Assembly: GCA_028875655.1 (NCBI GenBank)
Contig: JAPPCX010000039.1
Coordinates: 30,392 to 94,391 of the forward strand
Direction of reading: 5' to 3'
From: Chloroflexota bacterium
GTDB lineage: Bacteria > Chloroflexota > Dehalococcoidia > Lucifugimonadales > UBA3495
DNA: 64,000 nt
Shown here: piece after piece, positions 9,760-19,929 of the stretch
How positions within the stretch are numbered: position 1 is the first letter of the stretch
Layout: each line of letters starts with the position of its first letter
Notes under the pieces: generated by a model
What the model was told of the DNA's origin: nothing
Database searches by the model: none
What the model saw: the letters and a program-made list of their open reading frames with translations, nothing else
Program-made: the position numbers and the translations under genes

Positions 9760-9795
9760 GGTGGGATGAGTTACATAACGGGTGGAATGATTCCC
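9760..9795. repeat. right terminal inverted repeat
   Basis: Reverse complement of 8616-8651, 35/36 identical. Confidence 0.85.
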
Positions 9796-9803
9796 CTGTC
9801 AAC
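9796..9803. repeat. right copy of 8-bp direct repeat CTGTCAAC
   Basis: Identical to 8608-8615 and immediately outside the right IR. Confidence 0.7.
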
Positions 9804-9825
9804 GATAAGAGACGCTGATGAAGAC

Positions 9826-9855
9826 CGCGTAGCCCAGATCCGCGTACCCCAGATC
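9826..9855 (+). repeat. tandem 15-bp direct repeat CGCGTA[G/C]CCCAGATC x2
   Basis: Two adjacent copies with one mismatch end 1 nt before ATG 9857. Possible operator. Confidence 0.5.
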
Positions 9856-9856
9856 A

Positions 9857-10342
9857 ATGAACAGCACTGTCCCCGGAACCCGTCGCCAGCGGGAATTCGA
9901 CCGTGCCGCACCGCCGTCGCTGGCATGGATCGCCATGTTGGCCCTGGCCCTGTTCGCGTTGGCGCTGCCGATAGCAGGCCCGCTGGACGATCACCATTTC
10001 GCGGAGCGTTCGCATACCCACCAGCACATCTACCCTGACGGCCGCCCGGTGGGCCACGAGCACGCCGGCGCGCAGGCTCTGCCCCATCCACACTCCGACC
10101 GGTCGGGTAGGTCGTTGTCCTTCGGGCGCAACGGCGGCTCCGGGGAGGTAGTGTATCTGGCCGACGCCACCGCCGGTTTCCTGCTGGCGGTGATGAACGC
10201 GCCGTATCACAACGCGCCGGAATCCCTGCGTCCGGCGCCGCCGCGTGGCGATGGAAACAACCTGCTCAGGCCGTTTAGAGTTCTCAGCCGTCAACCTGCC
10301 GAACATCACATCGCACCGCTGCCGCCCCCGCCCATCGCGTAA
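9857..10342 (+). CDS. His-rich membrane-anchored hypothetical protein
   Basis: One hydrophobic segment (LAWIAMLALALFALALPIAG) is followed by HHFAERSHTHQHIYPDGRPVGHEHAG. No SD was seen, so the start is uncertain. Confidence 0.4.
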   Translation: MNSTVPGTRRQREFDRAAPPSLAWIAMLALALFALALPIAGPLDDHHFAERSHTHQHIYPDGRPVGHEHAGAQALPHPHSDRSGRSLSFGRNGGSGEVVYLADATAGFLLAVMNAPYHNAPESLRPAPPRGDGNNLLRPFRVLSRQPAEHHIAPLPPPPIA

Positions 10343-10384
10343 ATCCCCCGCACCTGCAAAAACACAACGCACGGAGGATTTTTC

Positions 10385-11380
10385 GTGATGCGAATGGATC
10401 ATGCCATCTTTCGCCGGCCCGCGTTTTGGCTGGCAACCACGATATTTGTACTGGCGCTGCCCGTGCTGGCGGCGTGCGGCACGGCTGCCCAGCCGGAACC
10501 TGCCGCGCCGGCGCCGGACGAGGAGATCGGCGCCTCCACCGGACAAAGCGCCGCTCAGAGCGCGGACCAACCGGCCGCCGAAACCGCGTCCACCGAATCC
10601 ATGTCGGGACATACCGGGCATGGGGAGCAAGGTTCAGCCGGCCCCGTCGTTCCCGCGGATGCGGTGATGATCAATCTGCCCATCGTGGCTCGATCCACCA
10701 CGTTGACCAGGGACGATCTGAGGGTCAGTCAGGGCGATACAGTCCGCTTGACTTTCACTTCCGACGAACCCGGCGAAGTACACCTGCATGGGTATGACCT
10801 CACCGCCCCGGTATCTCCGGAGCATCCAGGCGAGCTGGAATTTAAGGCAACGACCGCCGGGGCTTTTGGGATCAATTTCCACGTTTTCGCCGCCGGCAAC
10901 ATCACTGGAAGCGGCAGCGATCATCACGCAACCGCGCCGAAAACGGTGGTGTCGGAAACACCGGTCAGCGTTGCCATCACCGCGGAACCGGACGCCGACG
11001 GCGGAGTGAACGTCCAAATCGCCACCCAGGGGTTCCGGTTCGCGCCGGACCTGGTGGACCAACCACATACCCCCGGCGCCGGCCACGCCCACATCTATGT
11101 GGATGGCGTGAAACTGGGGCGGGTCTTTAACGCCAGCTACCGCATTGACCCACTGGCGCCCGGGCAGCACGAAATACGGGTTACGCTGAACACCAATGAC
11201 CACAGCGACTTGGTTTTTGACGGCAAAAACGTGGAAGCGACGGCAACCGTTGTTGTTCCCGACGTTGGCCAAGGCCACGGCGACAGCCACAGCGGGCACG
11301 ATCACGGAGACCACAACCACGGCGCCGACAGTGAGATCGTCGCCGAGGTCCACCTGGGCAACCTGGAAGTCTATCCGTGA
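10385..11380 (+). CDS. metal-binding lipoprotein (cupredoxin-like domain + DUF4399-like domain + His-rich tail)
   Basis: GGAGGA SD. Signal peptide with lipobox LAAC. GDTVRLTFTSDEPGEVHLHGYDL is cupredoxin-like and GAGHAHIYVDG is DUF4399-like. The C-terminus is GHGDSHSGHDHGDHNHG. Confidence 0.6.
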   Translation: MMRMDHAIFRRPAFWLATTIFVLALPVLAACGTAAQPEPAAPAPDEEIGASTGQSAAQSADQPAAETASTESMSGHTGHGEQGSAGPVVPADAVMINLPIVARSTTLTRDDLRVSQGDTVRLTFTSDEPGEVHLHGYDLTAPVSPEHPGELEFKATTAGAFGINFHVFAAGNITGSGSDHHATAPKTVVSETPVSVAITAEPDADGGVNVQIATQGFRFAPDLVDQPHTPGAGHAHIYVDGVKLGRVFNASYRIDPLAPGQHEIRVTLNTNDHSDLVFDGKNVEATATVVVPDVGQGHGDSHSGHDHGDHNHGADSEIVAEVHLGNLEVYP

Positions 11381-11385
11381 CGCGC

Positions 11386-11414
11386 GTAGGGGCGGGTTTG
11401 AAACCCGCCCCTAC
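11386..11414. terminator. perfect palindrome GTAGGGGCGGGTTT-G-AAACCCGCCCCTAC (family B), likely bidirectional terminator
   Basis: 14-bp perfect stem between convergent genes (stop 11380 and gltA stop 11437). A near-identical element lies at 28035-28063. Confidence 0.6.
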
Positions 11415-11436
11415 CGTGTAATCGTTTCGTCGCGCC

Positions 11437-12573
11437 TTACCGCTGTTCGATGGGAACGTACTCGCGATCCATCGGGCCAACATAGTGCAGGCGAGGGCGC
11501 AGCAGGATGTTGTTCTCGTACTGCTCGATGCACTGGGCAGACCAGCCGGGCACCCGCCCCAGCGCGAAGATGGGAATGAACAGGTCGGACTCGATCCCCA
11601 GCAGGTGATAGATGGAACCGGCGTAGAAGTCCACGTTCACGTAGATTCCCCGGTCCCGGTAGGGAGCCATCACGTCTTCGGACAAATGGGTGAGAATTTG
11701 GAACCAGCGCGGGTCGCCTCGCTTTTCGCCCAGCGCTTGGGAGCGTTCCCGCAGGTGGCGCGCGCGCGGGTCCTCAGCCCGATATACCCGGTGGCCGAAT
11801 CCCATGATGCGCTCGCGGTTGTCCAGCTTGTTGCGAGCGTACTCTTCCGCGTTTTCGGGGTTGCCGATTTCCATCGACATCTTCATTACTTCTTCGGCGG
11901 CGCCGCCGTGGGCCGGGCCTTTCAGCGTACCCACCGCGCCGGACACGGCAGCGTGCAGCGTCGAGTTGGTTGACGCGGCGACTCGGGCGGCAAAGGAAGA
12001 GGCGTTCACGCCATGCTCTGCATGCAGTATGAAGTCCACGTCCATCAGGGAGATGGTCTCATCGTCCGGAACTTCATTGAACAGCATGTAGAGGAAGTTG
12101 CCGGCGTGGTTCAGGTCCGGATTAGGCGCGACCGGCTCCAGGCCGTTGCGAATCCGGTGGTGAGCCGTAACGATGGTCGGAGCCTGGGCAGTCAACCGCA
12201 GGGCCTTGCGGACATTGGCTTCCCGGGAGTTGACCTCCGATTCTTCGTCAAAAGCGGCCAGCCCGATCATCGCGGTCTGGAGGACATCCATGGGGTGCGC
12301 CGACTGAACGGCGTCGATGACGGTGATGATTTCGTTCGGTATCCGCCGGTTGGCCCGCAGGAAATTATCCATCTCTGCCAACTGCGCGCTGTTGGGCAAC
12401 TCCCCGTACAGAACGAGATATATGATCTCTTCAAAGGTGGACTTTTCGGCCAGGTCGTGGATATTGTACCCGCGATACAGCAGTTTTCCGATTTCGCCGT
12501 CGATGAAACTGGACTCGGTGGTGTCCATGTACACGTTCATCAAACCGCGATGCAGTTCCGGCTGGTCGGTCAT
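11437..12573 (-). CDS. gltA: citrate synthase (small, type II/2-methylcitrate synthase-like)
   Basis: 378 aa. Motifs HAEHGVNASS, GPAHGGA and GFGHRVYR are catalytic His/Asp region signatures of citrate synthases. AAGGAGG SD. Confidence 0.9.
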   Translation of the reverse strand: MTDQPELHRGLMNVYMDTTESSFIDGEIGKLLYRGYNIHDLAEKSTFEEIIYLVLYGELPNSAQLAEMDNFLRANRRIPNEIITVIDAVQSAHPMDVLQTAMIGLAAFDEESEVNSREANVRKALRLTAQAPTIVTAHHRIRNGLEPVAPNPDLNHAGNFLYMLFNEVPDDETISLMDVDFILHAEHGVNASSFAARVAASTNSTLHAAVSGAVGTLKGPAHGGAAEEVMKMSMEIGNPENAEEYARNKLDNRERIMGFGHRVYRAEDPRARHLRERSQALGEKRGDPRWFQILTHLSEDVMAPYRDRGIYVNVDFYAGSIYHLLGIESDLFIPIFALGRVPGWSAQCIEQYENNILLRPRLHYVGPMDREYVPIEQR

Positions 12574-12670
12574 CTGTGTCCTCCTTGACGTGGGGCAGCG
12601 CCCCGGCGCCGCCGGCGTTATTCGCTTCGTTGCGGCGGCGAATTATGCTAGCACCGGGCGCGTTAGAGTG

Positions 12671-13618
12671 TCAACGCTTCCGCTTGATGGCGCGCAGGGC
12701 GGCCTGTTCGACGCCATGGGCGGTGAGTCCGTTCTTGGCCATCAGCTCATTGGCCGGGCCGGAACCGGTGTAGCCATGCAATGCCACCATCTCGACCGGC
12801 ACGGGTTGATTTCGCGCCACAACACCCGCCACTATACTGCCCAGCCCGCCGTGCACATAGTGCTCCTCGGCGGTCACGATTGCGCCCGTCTCATGTGCCG
12901 CCGCGATGATGGCGGGCTCGTCGGCGGGGGCCAGGGTGTGCAGGTTGATCACCCGTGCCTGGATTCCCTGGCCGGAGAGGCTCTCGGCGGCGTCCAGGGC
13001 CGGCGCAACCAGCGAACCGCAGGCGATGATGCTTACGTCGCTCCCCTCACGCATCACCTCCCCCTCCCCCATACGGAACCGGTAGCCGTCGGTGTGGACT
13101 ACCGGAGTCGCGGCCCGGGGCAGCCGGACGTAGAGCGGACCTTGCATAGTTGCCGCGCTGCGAATGACCTGCTCGGTTTCCGGCGCGTCCGCAGGCGTCA
13201 CTACGCTGAAAGAAGGCAACGCGCACATCAGCGACAGGTCTTCGATGCTGTGGGCGGACATGCCGTCTTCGCCGGTCAGGATGCCGGCGTGGGTGCAGAT
13301 CAGTTTCACGTTCAGCGACGGTTGCGACACCAACACCCGAAGTTGATCGTACGGACGTCCAGTCCCGAATACGCTGAACGTGCTCACGAATGGGATCTTC
13401 CCGGCAGCGGCCAGGCCGGCCGCCACGCCAACGATGTTCTGCTCTGCCGGCCCGAAGTCGAAAAACCGGTCGGGGTACTGGTCGCGCCAGAGATGGACAA
13501 AAGTGGAGACGTTTAAATCCCCACCCAGCACTACGATGTCGGGGTGTTCTTCCGCCATCGTGAGCAGGGTGCGGCCATAGGTTTCGCGGGTTGCCGCCGA
13601 TTGACGGTTGGTAGTCAT
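12671..13618 (-). CDS. transketolase, C-terminal (pyrimidine-binding) subunit
   Basis: The start is trimmed to ATG 13618 (MTTNRQSAATRETYG), which overlaps the TGA of the upstream subunit (ATGA). The FGPAEQN motif is present. Confidence 0.85.
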   Translation of the reverse strand: MTTNRQSAATRETYGRTLLTMAEEHPDIVVLGGDLNVSTFVHLWRDQYPDRFFDFGPAEQNIVGVAAGLAAAGKIPFVSTFSVFGTGRPYDQLRVLVSQPSLNVKLICTHAGILTGEDGMSAHSIEDLSLMCALPSFSVVTPADAPETEQVIRSAATMQGPLYVRLPRAATPVVHTDGYRFRMGEGEVMREGSDVSIIACGSLVAPALDAAESLSGQGIQARVINLHTLAPADEPAIIAAAHETGAIVTAEEHYVHGGLGSIVAGVVARNQPVPVEMVALHGYTGSGPANELMAKNGLTAHGVEQAALRAIKRKR

Positions 13619-14442
13619 CAGGCCAGCTCCTTGAGGGCCGCTTCGTATTCGTCGGCGGTGGGCGCGCGCCCGTGAAAGCCCGGGTTGTTTTCCATGAAGC
13701 TGACGCCCTTGCCCTTGACGGTATCGGCGATGATCACGGTGGGGCCGCCGTCCGTCGCCTCGCTGAGGGCATGGAGCACGTCGGCGTGCTCGTGGCCGTC
13801 GCATGAGATCACGTTCCAGCCAAAATCGCGCCAACGGTCGGCCAGGGGTTCCAGCGTCATCACCTCATCGGTGAACCGGTCGTTTTGGATGCGGTTGCGG
13901 TCAATGATGGCGGTGAGGTTGTCGGCGCCGTGGTGTGCCGCGGACATGGCCGCTTCCCACACTTCTCCCTCCTGGCACTCCCCGTCGCCCAGCAGGGCAA
14001 ACACCCGGTAGTTGCGGCCGTCCAGCCTGGCGGCCAGCGCGTGGCCCAGCGCGAACGAAAGCCCCATACCCAGGGACCCTGAGTTCATCTCGACGCCGGG
14101 AGTTATTGGATGAGCATGGCCCTGGAGCAGCCCATCGGTTTTCCGGTACGACGACAGTTCGGACGCCGGGAAGTAACCCGCGCGAGCCAGCGTTACGTAG
14201 AAACCCGGCGAGGCGTGTCCTTTGCTGAGCACAAACCGGTCCCGCTCCGGCCAGTCGGGCGCGCCGGGGTCGTACCGCAGCACGCCAAAATACAGCGAGA
14301 TCAGGATGTCTATCTCGGAGAGAGAGCCGCCCGTGTGTCCGCTGCCGGCGTCGAAAATCATTTTCAGAATTTCGCGTCGTGATTCGAGGGCGGCGGCGCG
14401 CATCTCCTCGACGGTCAACATCGGTTGTGTCACTACGGCCAA
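13618..14442 (-). CDS. transketolase, N-terminal (TPP-binding) subunit
   Basis: 274 aa. GHTGGSLS, LSKGHA and GDGECQEGEVWEA are TPP-binding motifs. Confidence 0.85.
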   Translation of the reverse strand: MAVVTQPMLTVEEMRAAALESRREILKMIFDAGSGHTGGSLSEIDILISLYFGVLRYDPGAPDWPERDRFVLSKGHASPGFYVTLARAGYFPASELSSYRKTDGLLQGHAHPITPGVEMNSGSLGMGLSFALGHALAARLDGRNYRVFALLGDGECQEGEVWEAAMSAAHHGADNLTAIIDRNRIQNDRFTDEVMTLEPLADRWRDFGWNVISCDGHEHADVLHALSEATDGGPTVIIADTVKGKGVSFMENNPGFHGRAPTADEYEAALKELA

Positions 14443-14508
14443 AGCGTCACCTGCTATTGACGAGGATGATATTGGGGGCGGAAAGAATTATATTCGCCGG
14501 TACCGCCA

Positions 14509-15408
14509 GTGTCCATATTGGGTACACTGGAATGCCAGTCGAGAGGTTGCGCCCCGGTGATTATAGACTTCCATTGCCACGTCCTGCCCCCGCAATTTCA
14601 GGGACGCCACCGGGAACTGGCCGCGCAGGACGCCACCTATGCCGCGTTGTTCCCGGACCAACGCGGTCGTACCGCCGACGTGGACGCGCTGCTCTACGAC
14701 ATGGACGCTGCCGGGATAGATCACGCGGTAATTATGGGATTTGGATGGACCAATCAGGGAATCGCCGAGACTGCAAACAACTACCTGGTCAGCGCAACAA
14801 AGGCTCATCCCGACCGCATATCGGCGTTCGCCTCGGTGAACCCGGCCTGGGGGGATGCAGCGATACTTGAAGCGCGCCGATGCCTGGATGCCGGCGCGGT
14901 GGGCATCGGCGAGTTGCACGCAGACACGCAAGGCTACGACATAGGGGATCCGGACGTGATGGCGCCGATTATGTCCTTGTTGCAGGACGCGGGGTTGCCA
15001 ATCACCATTCACGCATCGGAACCGGTGGGGCACCTGTATCCCGGCAAAGGCCAGACTACACCGGACATACTGCTGCGGTTCGTGTCCAATTTCCCCGACA
15101 ATCGCATCGTGTTAGCCCACCTCGGCGGTGGCTTGCCTTTCTACGCGGCAATGCCCGAGGTTGCGGAGGGGCTGTCCAACGTCTGGTATGATACGGCGGC
15201 CCTGCCGTATCTCTACCGTCCGAGCGCGGTTGCGGCCGCGGCGGTCACCGCGGGGGCGGACCGGATACTCTTCGGCACCGATTATCCGCTGCTTCCGCAC
15301 CGGCGCGTCCTGGACTATCTGAAGTCCGCCGAATTGCCGCCGGCCGACGCAGACGCGACCCTGGGCGGCAACGCGGCATCCCTGCTTTTCGAACCACGGC
15401 ATGACTGA
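14509..15408 (+). CDS. amidohydrolase family (PF04909-like TIM-barrel metal hydrolase)
   Basis: IIDFHCHVLPP metal-binding start motif. GTG 14557 with GAGAGG 10 nt upstream may be the true start. Confidence 0.7.
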   Translation: MSILGTLECQSRGCAPVIIDFHCHVLPPQFQGRHRELAAQDATYAALFPDQRGRTADVDALLYDMDAAGIDHAVIMGFGWTNQGIAETANNYLVSATKAHPDRISAFASVNPAWGDAAILEARRCLDAGAVGIGELHADTQGYDIGDPDVMAPIMSLLQDAGLPITIHASEPVGHLYPGKGQTTPDILLRFVSNFPDNRIVLAHLGGGLPFYAAMPEVAEGLSNVWYDTAALPYLYRPSAVAAAAVTAGADRILFGTDYPLLPHRRVLDYLKSAELPPADADATLGGNAASLLFEPRHD

Positions 15409-15967
15409 ATCGGCCCGACAGACCATTGCGGACACGCTCCCGGATTACCTGCGCCCGGGCCTGGACATCGTGTTGATCGGGCTGAATCCGTCAACCCGCT
15501 CGGTGCAGGCCGGACACTACTTTGCGAACCCACGCAACCGGTTCTGGCGGGCGATCTCCGCGTCCGGGTTGATTGGCCGCGAGGTCTGGCCTGAAGACGA
15601 CGCGGCGTTGCTGGACATGGGTATCGGGTTCACCGACGTGGTGAAACAGCCGACGCCGCAAGCGTCCGGCTTGACCGCGTCCGACTATCGCCGGGATGCG
15701 CCGTTGCTGCGGGAGAAGCTTCTGGAACACCGGCCTGCCATCGCCTGTTTTCACGGCGCGACGGGGTACCGCGCCTATCTGCGGTATGCGGAAAACGTCC
15801 GAGCGTCTGGCGAAATCGTGCTGGGTCGCCAGGAGCACACCATCGGCGGCAGCGAGGTCTTCGTCGTACCCAACCCCAGCCCGGCGAACGCGCGTTATTC
15901 CTTGCAGGATCTCACGTCCTGGTACGCTGCGCTGGGCCGGCTGCGTGAGGAGTTAAAGGGTGCTTGA
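15401..15967 (+). CDS. mug: G/U mismatch-specific uracil-DNA glycosylase (Mug/TDG family)
   Basis: LDIVLIGLNPS and HYFANPRNRFW motifs. The ATG overlaps the preceding stop by 8 nt. Confidence 0.8.
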   Translation: MTESARQTIADTLPDYLRPGLDIVLIGLNPSTRSVQAGHYFANPRNRFWRAISASGLIGREVWPEDDAALLDMGIGFTDVVKQPTPQASGLTASDYRRDAPLLREKLLEHRPAIACFHGATGYRAYLRYAENVRASGEIVLGRQEHTIGGSEVFVVPNPSPANARYSLQDLTSWYAALGRLREELKGA

Positions 15968-16547
15968 CCACGGGGACACGCTACGCACGTTCATCGCGCT
16001 TCCGTTGCCCGGCGACTGGACTGCGACGCTGGAAGATGTCATCGATGAATTGGACTCGGCGGCTCCCGCCGGCGTGCGTTGGGTTCGGCCGTCGGGCATC
16101 CATCTCACGTTGAAGTTTTTAGGAGCCACCGACCCGGCGCTGGTGTCACGCATTCTGGACGGGTTGCTGGATAGTGTGGGAGGAGCGCCGGGGCCGGCGC
16201 TTTCGCTCTCGGGGTTGGGAACCTTCCCCAACCGCAACAATCCCCGGGTGATCTGGGCCGGAGTGTCCGGCGACATGGAGACTTTGGCAAACTTGCAGCA
16301 GCGGGTCGAGACCTTGGCCGTCGGCCTCGGTTGGGCTGCTGAACGCAGGCCGTTTCGACCGCACCTGACCATCGGACGCGTACGGGATCGCATATCCCCG
16401 AGAGAGCGCAAGCGGTTGGTGACGGCCATCTCGAACTGCGCCGTGCCCCGGCTGCCATCCTGGCGACCCGACGCGGTGCGGCTCTACAAAAGCGAACTCA
16501 CACCCCGGGGAGCGATTTACACCAACCTGGGCGAGGTTGAAATCTGA
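15960..16547 (+). CDS. thpR: RNA 2',3'-cyclic phosphodiesterase (2H family, ThpR/LigT)
   Basis: Two H-x-T-x motifs (HLTLKF and HLTIGR). GTG start overlaps the mug stop by 8 nt. Confidence 0.8.
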   Translation: MLDHGDTLRTFIALPLPGDWTATLEDVIDELDSAAPAGVRWVRPSGIHLTLKFLGATDPALVSRILDGLLDSVGGAPGPALSLSGLGTFPNRNNPRVIWAGVSGDMETLANLQQRVETLAVGLGWAAERRPFRPHLTIGRVRDRISPRERKRLVTAISNCAVPRLPSWRPDAVRLYKSELTPRGAIYTNLGEVEI

Positions 16548-17479
16548 TGGAAACTACGTTGACCGGAGTTATCAAGCCCACCGCGCCATACGATTTTGAA
16601 TTGACCGCGGGGCAGCCAAACTACTCCCGCGACCAGGAATTCAAGACCGAGGATTACGTTGACGGGTCATATATCCGGCTGTTGGACCTGGGAGACAAGA
16701 CGGCGCTGGCCAGGGTGGAGTCAACCGGCTCGGTGGAGGACCCGGAACTGACCATAGCGCTCACCGGCGATGACTTGAGCGACGCCGACGCGGAACGGGC
16801 CGGCCGGCAGATTTCATGGCTCCTCGGCTGCGACCAGGATCTGCGACCGTTCTATGACGCAGCAGGCGATGACCCGGTATTGTCCGAAGTGGTCGAGCAG
16901 TTTTACGGGTACCACAACACCCGAACCGCGTCGGTTTTCGAGGCCCTGGTGCAGGCGGTCATGGGCCAGCAGATCGCCACTGCCGTGGCCCGAATCGTGC
17001 GCAACCTGTTGATCCAGAATTACGGCGTGCGCGCTTCAATCGAGGGCCGGGAGTGGTACGCATTTCCACGGGCGAACGCCCTGGCCACGGCGGAAGTGGC
17101 CGACCTCCGGCAGCTGAAGTTGAGCGTAAGAAAATCCGAGTACATTCAGGGCATCGCGCAGGCCGCGCTGGAATCCCCGGATGGGTTCGAGGGGATGCAC
17201 GACCTGCCCGACGAGGAAGTCATCACGCGCATGGTCGCTTTGCGCGGCGTCGGCCAGTGGACGGCCCAATGGGTGCTGGTTCGGGCGCTGGCCCGGCCCG
17301 ACGGGTTTCCTATCGGCGATCTGGCCCTGAGGCGAACGGTAGCCGGTCTTTACTTCGACGGGGCGGAGATCAGCGACGACGAGTTGCTGGAGTTCTCCCA
17401 CCGGTGGTCGCCCTGGCGCTCCTACGCAACGGCGTATCTCTTCGCGGCATTGCGAGCCGGCAGGGTGGCGGGTTCCTGA
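16547..17479 (+). CDS. DNA-3-methyladenine glycosylase II-like (HhH-GPD, AlkA family)
   Basis: The HhH-GPD region LRGVGQWTAQWVLVRALARPDGFPIGDLALRR includes the catalytic Asp context. The ATG shares its A with the upstream TGA. Confidence 0.75.
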   Translation: METTLTGVIKPTAPYDFELTAGQPNYSRDQEFKTEDYVDGSYIRLLDLGDKTALARVESTGSVEDPELTIALTGDDLSDADAERAGRQISWLLGCDQDLRPFYDAAGDDPVLSEVVEQFYGYHNTRTASVFEALVQAVMGQQIATAVARIVRNLLIQNYGVRASIEGREWYAFPRANALATAEVADLRQLKLSVRKSEYIQGIAQAALESPDGFEGMHDLPDEEVITRMVALRGVGQWTAQWVLVRALARPDGFPIGDLALRRTVAGLYFDGAEISDDELLEFSHRWSPWRSYATAYLFAALRAGRVAGS

Positions 17480-17492
17480 TTGGCCGGGACTC

Positions 17493-18818
<1,326 letters not shown>

Positions 18819-18827
18819 TTCAAATAC

Positions 18828-19928
18828 CTATTCCCAGCGGAAGGTGCGGTTGGCGATGACGAAGGCTATCACAAACCACACCGCCATTCCCAGAAAGTTG
18901 GGCCATTGCGCGATTATTGAATCCCCCTGCACCGTCATGCCGCGGATGGCTTCCACCAGGAAGGTGAGCGGCAGGTAGTCGGTTACGGTTTGCAGGATGC
19001 TGGGCAGAACGTCCCGGGAGAAGAACACGCCGGAAAGGAACATCATGGGCAGCGACACGATGTTGGCCAGGGGAGCGGCCTGCTGCTCAGTGCGCGCCCA
19101 TCCCGACACGGCAAAGCCCAACGCGAGGAACACCGCGCCGCCCAATCCCGCCGCCAGCAACACGGCGAAGAAGTTGCCGGCGAATTCAGCGCCGAACACG
19201 AACACGGCCACGCCGGCCAGGATCAAGGTCTGCAATATGACGACTATCAGCCGGGTAATCACCTGAGCGGTCAGGAGGGTTGCCGGGTTCAATGGCGTCG
19301 CCAGCAGCCGGCGCAACACGCCCTCCCGCTTCATGGTGACGAAACTGAATGCCACGCTGAAGAGTCCCAACTGCATGATCGCCATGCCGATGACGCCGGG
19401 CATCAGGAAGTCGATGTAGCCCAGATCCCGTGCGGCCACGGCTTCGCTCTCCAGGGTGACCAATCGCTCGGCGCCACTGAGCGCGAAGTTCATCTCGTCG
19501 ATGCCCGAGCGCAGGATACCCAGCCCCACCTCCGACTCGGCGCGCCGGCCCGCGTGGTACAACGCCCGCACCGTTATCGGTTCCCAAGCGGCGCCTTCCC
19601 CTGAGACCGCCGGACCGAAGTTCTCCGGCAGGATGAGCACCAGGTCCCGCTGCCCGTCGGATAGTTCCGCCAGCTCATCCTGCTCGCTGCCGATATTCAC
19701 CCGCAGGGCTTCGACGTTCCCAGCTTCGTCAATGAACCGGGCCGAGGCTTCATTCTGCGCCAGATCTACAATGCCCAGATCCACCTTGCCCAACTCGCCA
19801 AAGTTGAGCAGGCCAAATATGACCATGATCACCAGCGGCAGGAAGAACGTCCAGAACAGCGCCGCGCGGTCTCGCGCCCACATCCGAATGGACATCCAGG
19901 TCAGGTAGATGGCGGGACGAGTAGCCAA
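18828..19928 (-). CDS. ABC-2 type transporter permease
   Basis: 366 aa. One N-terminal TM segment, a large loop, then 5 TM segments. It lies directly downstream of the ABC ATPase. Confidence 0.75.
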   Translation of the reverse strand: MATRPAIYLTWMSIRMWARDRAALFWTFFLPLVIMVIFGLLNFGELGKVDLGIVDLAQNEASARFIDEAGNVEALRVNIGSEQDELAELSDGQRDLVLILPENFGPAVSGEGAAWEPITVRALYHAGRRAESEVGLGILRSGIDEMNFALSGAERLVTLESEAVAARDLGYIDFLMPGVIGMAIMQLGLFSVAFSFVTMKREGVLRRLLATPLNPATLLTAQVITRLIVVILQTLILAGVAVFVFGAEFAGNFFAVLLAAGLGGAVFLALGFAVSGWARTEQQAAPLANIVSLPMMFLSGVFFSRDVLPSILQTVTDYLPLTFLVEAIRGMTVQGDSIIAQWPNFLGMAVWFVIAFVIANRTFRWE

Positions 19929-19929
19929 T

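Larger units (their letters stand above)
8616..9795. mobile_element. IR- and TSD-bounded 1180-bp insertion carrying two divergent unknown ORFs (non-autonomous transposon-like cassette)
   Basis: 36-nt terminal inverted repeats are 35/36 identical, with a flanking 8-bp direct repeat. The interior is clearly AT-richer than the flanks: hand count 25/60 G+C for 9421-9480 versus 42/60 for 10441-10500. No transposase-like ORF is present. Confidence 0.65.

Noticed and set aside
13616-13620. Split transketolase as a frameshifted pseudogene
   Set aside because: The two halves meet at a clean ATGA stop/start overlap. They correspond to the well-known two-subunit (N-terminal TPP-binding, C-terminal pyrimidine-binding) transketolase arrangement.
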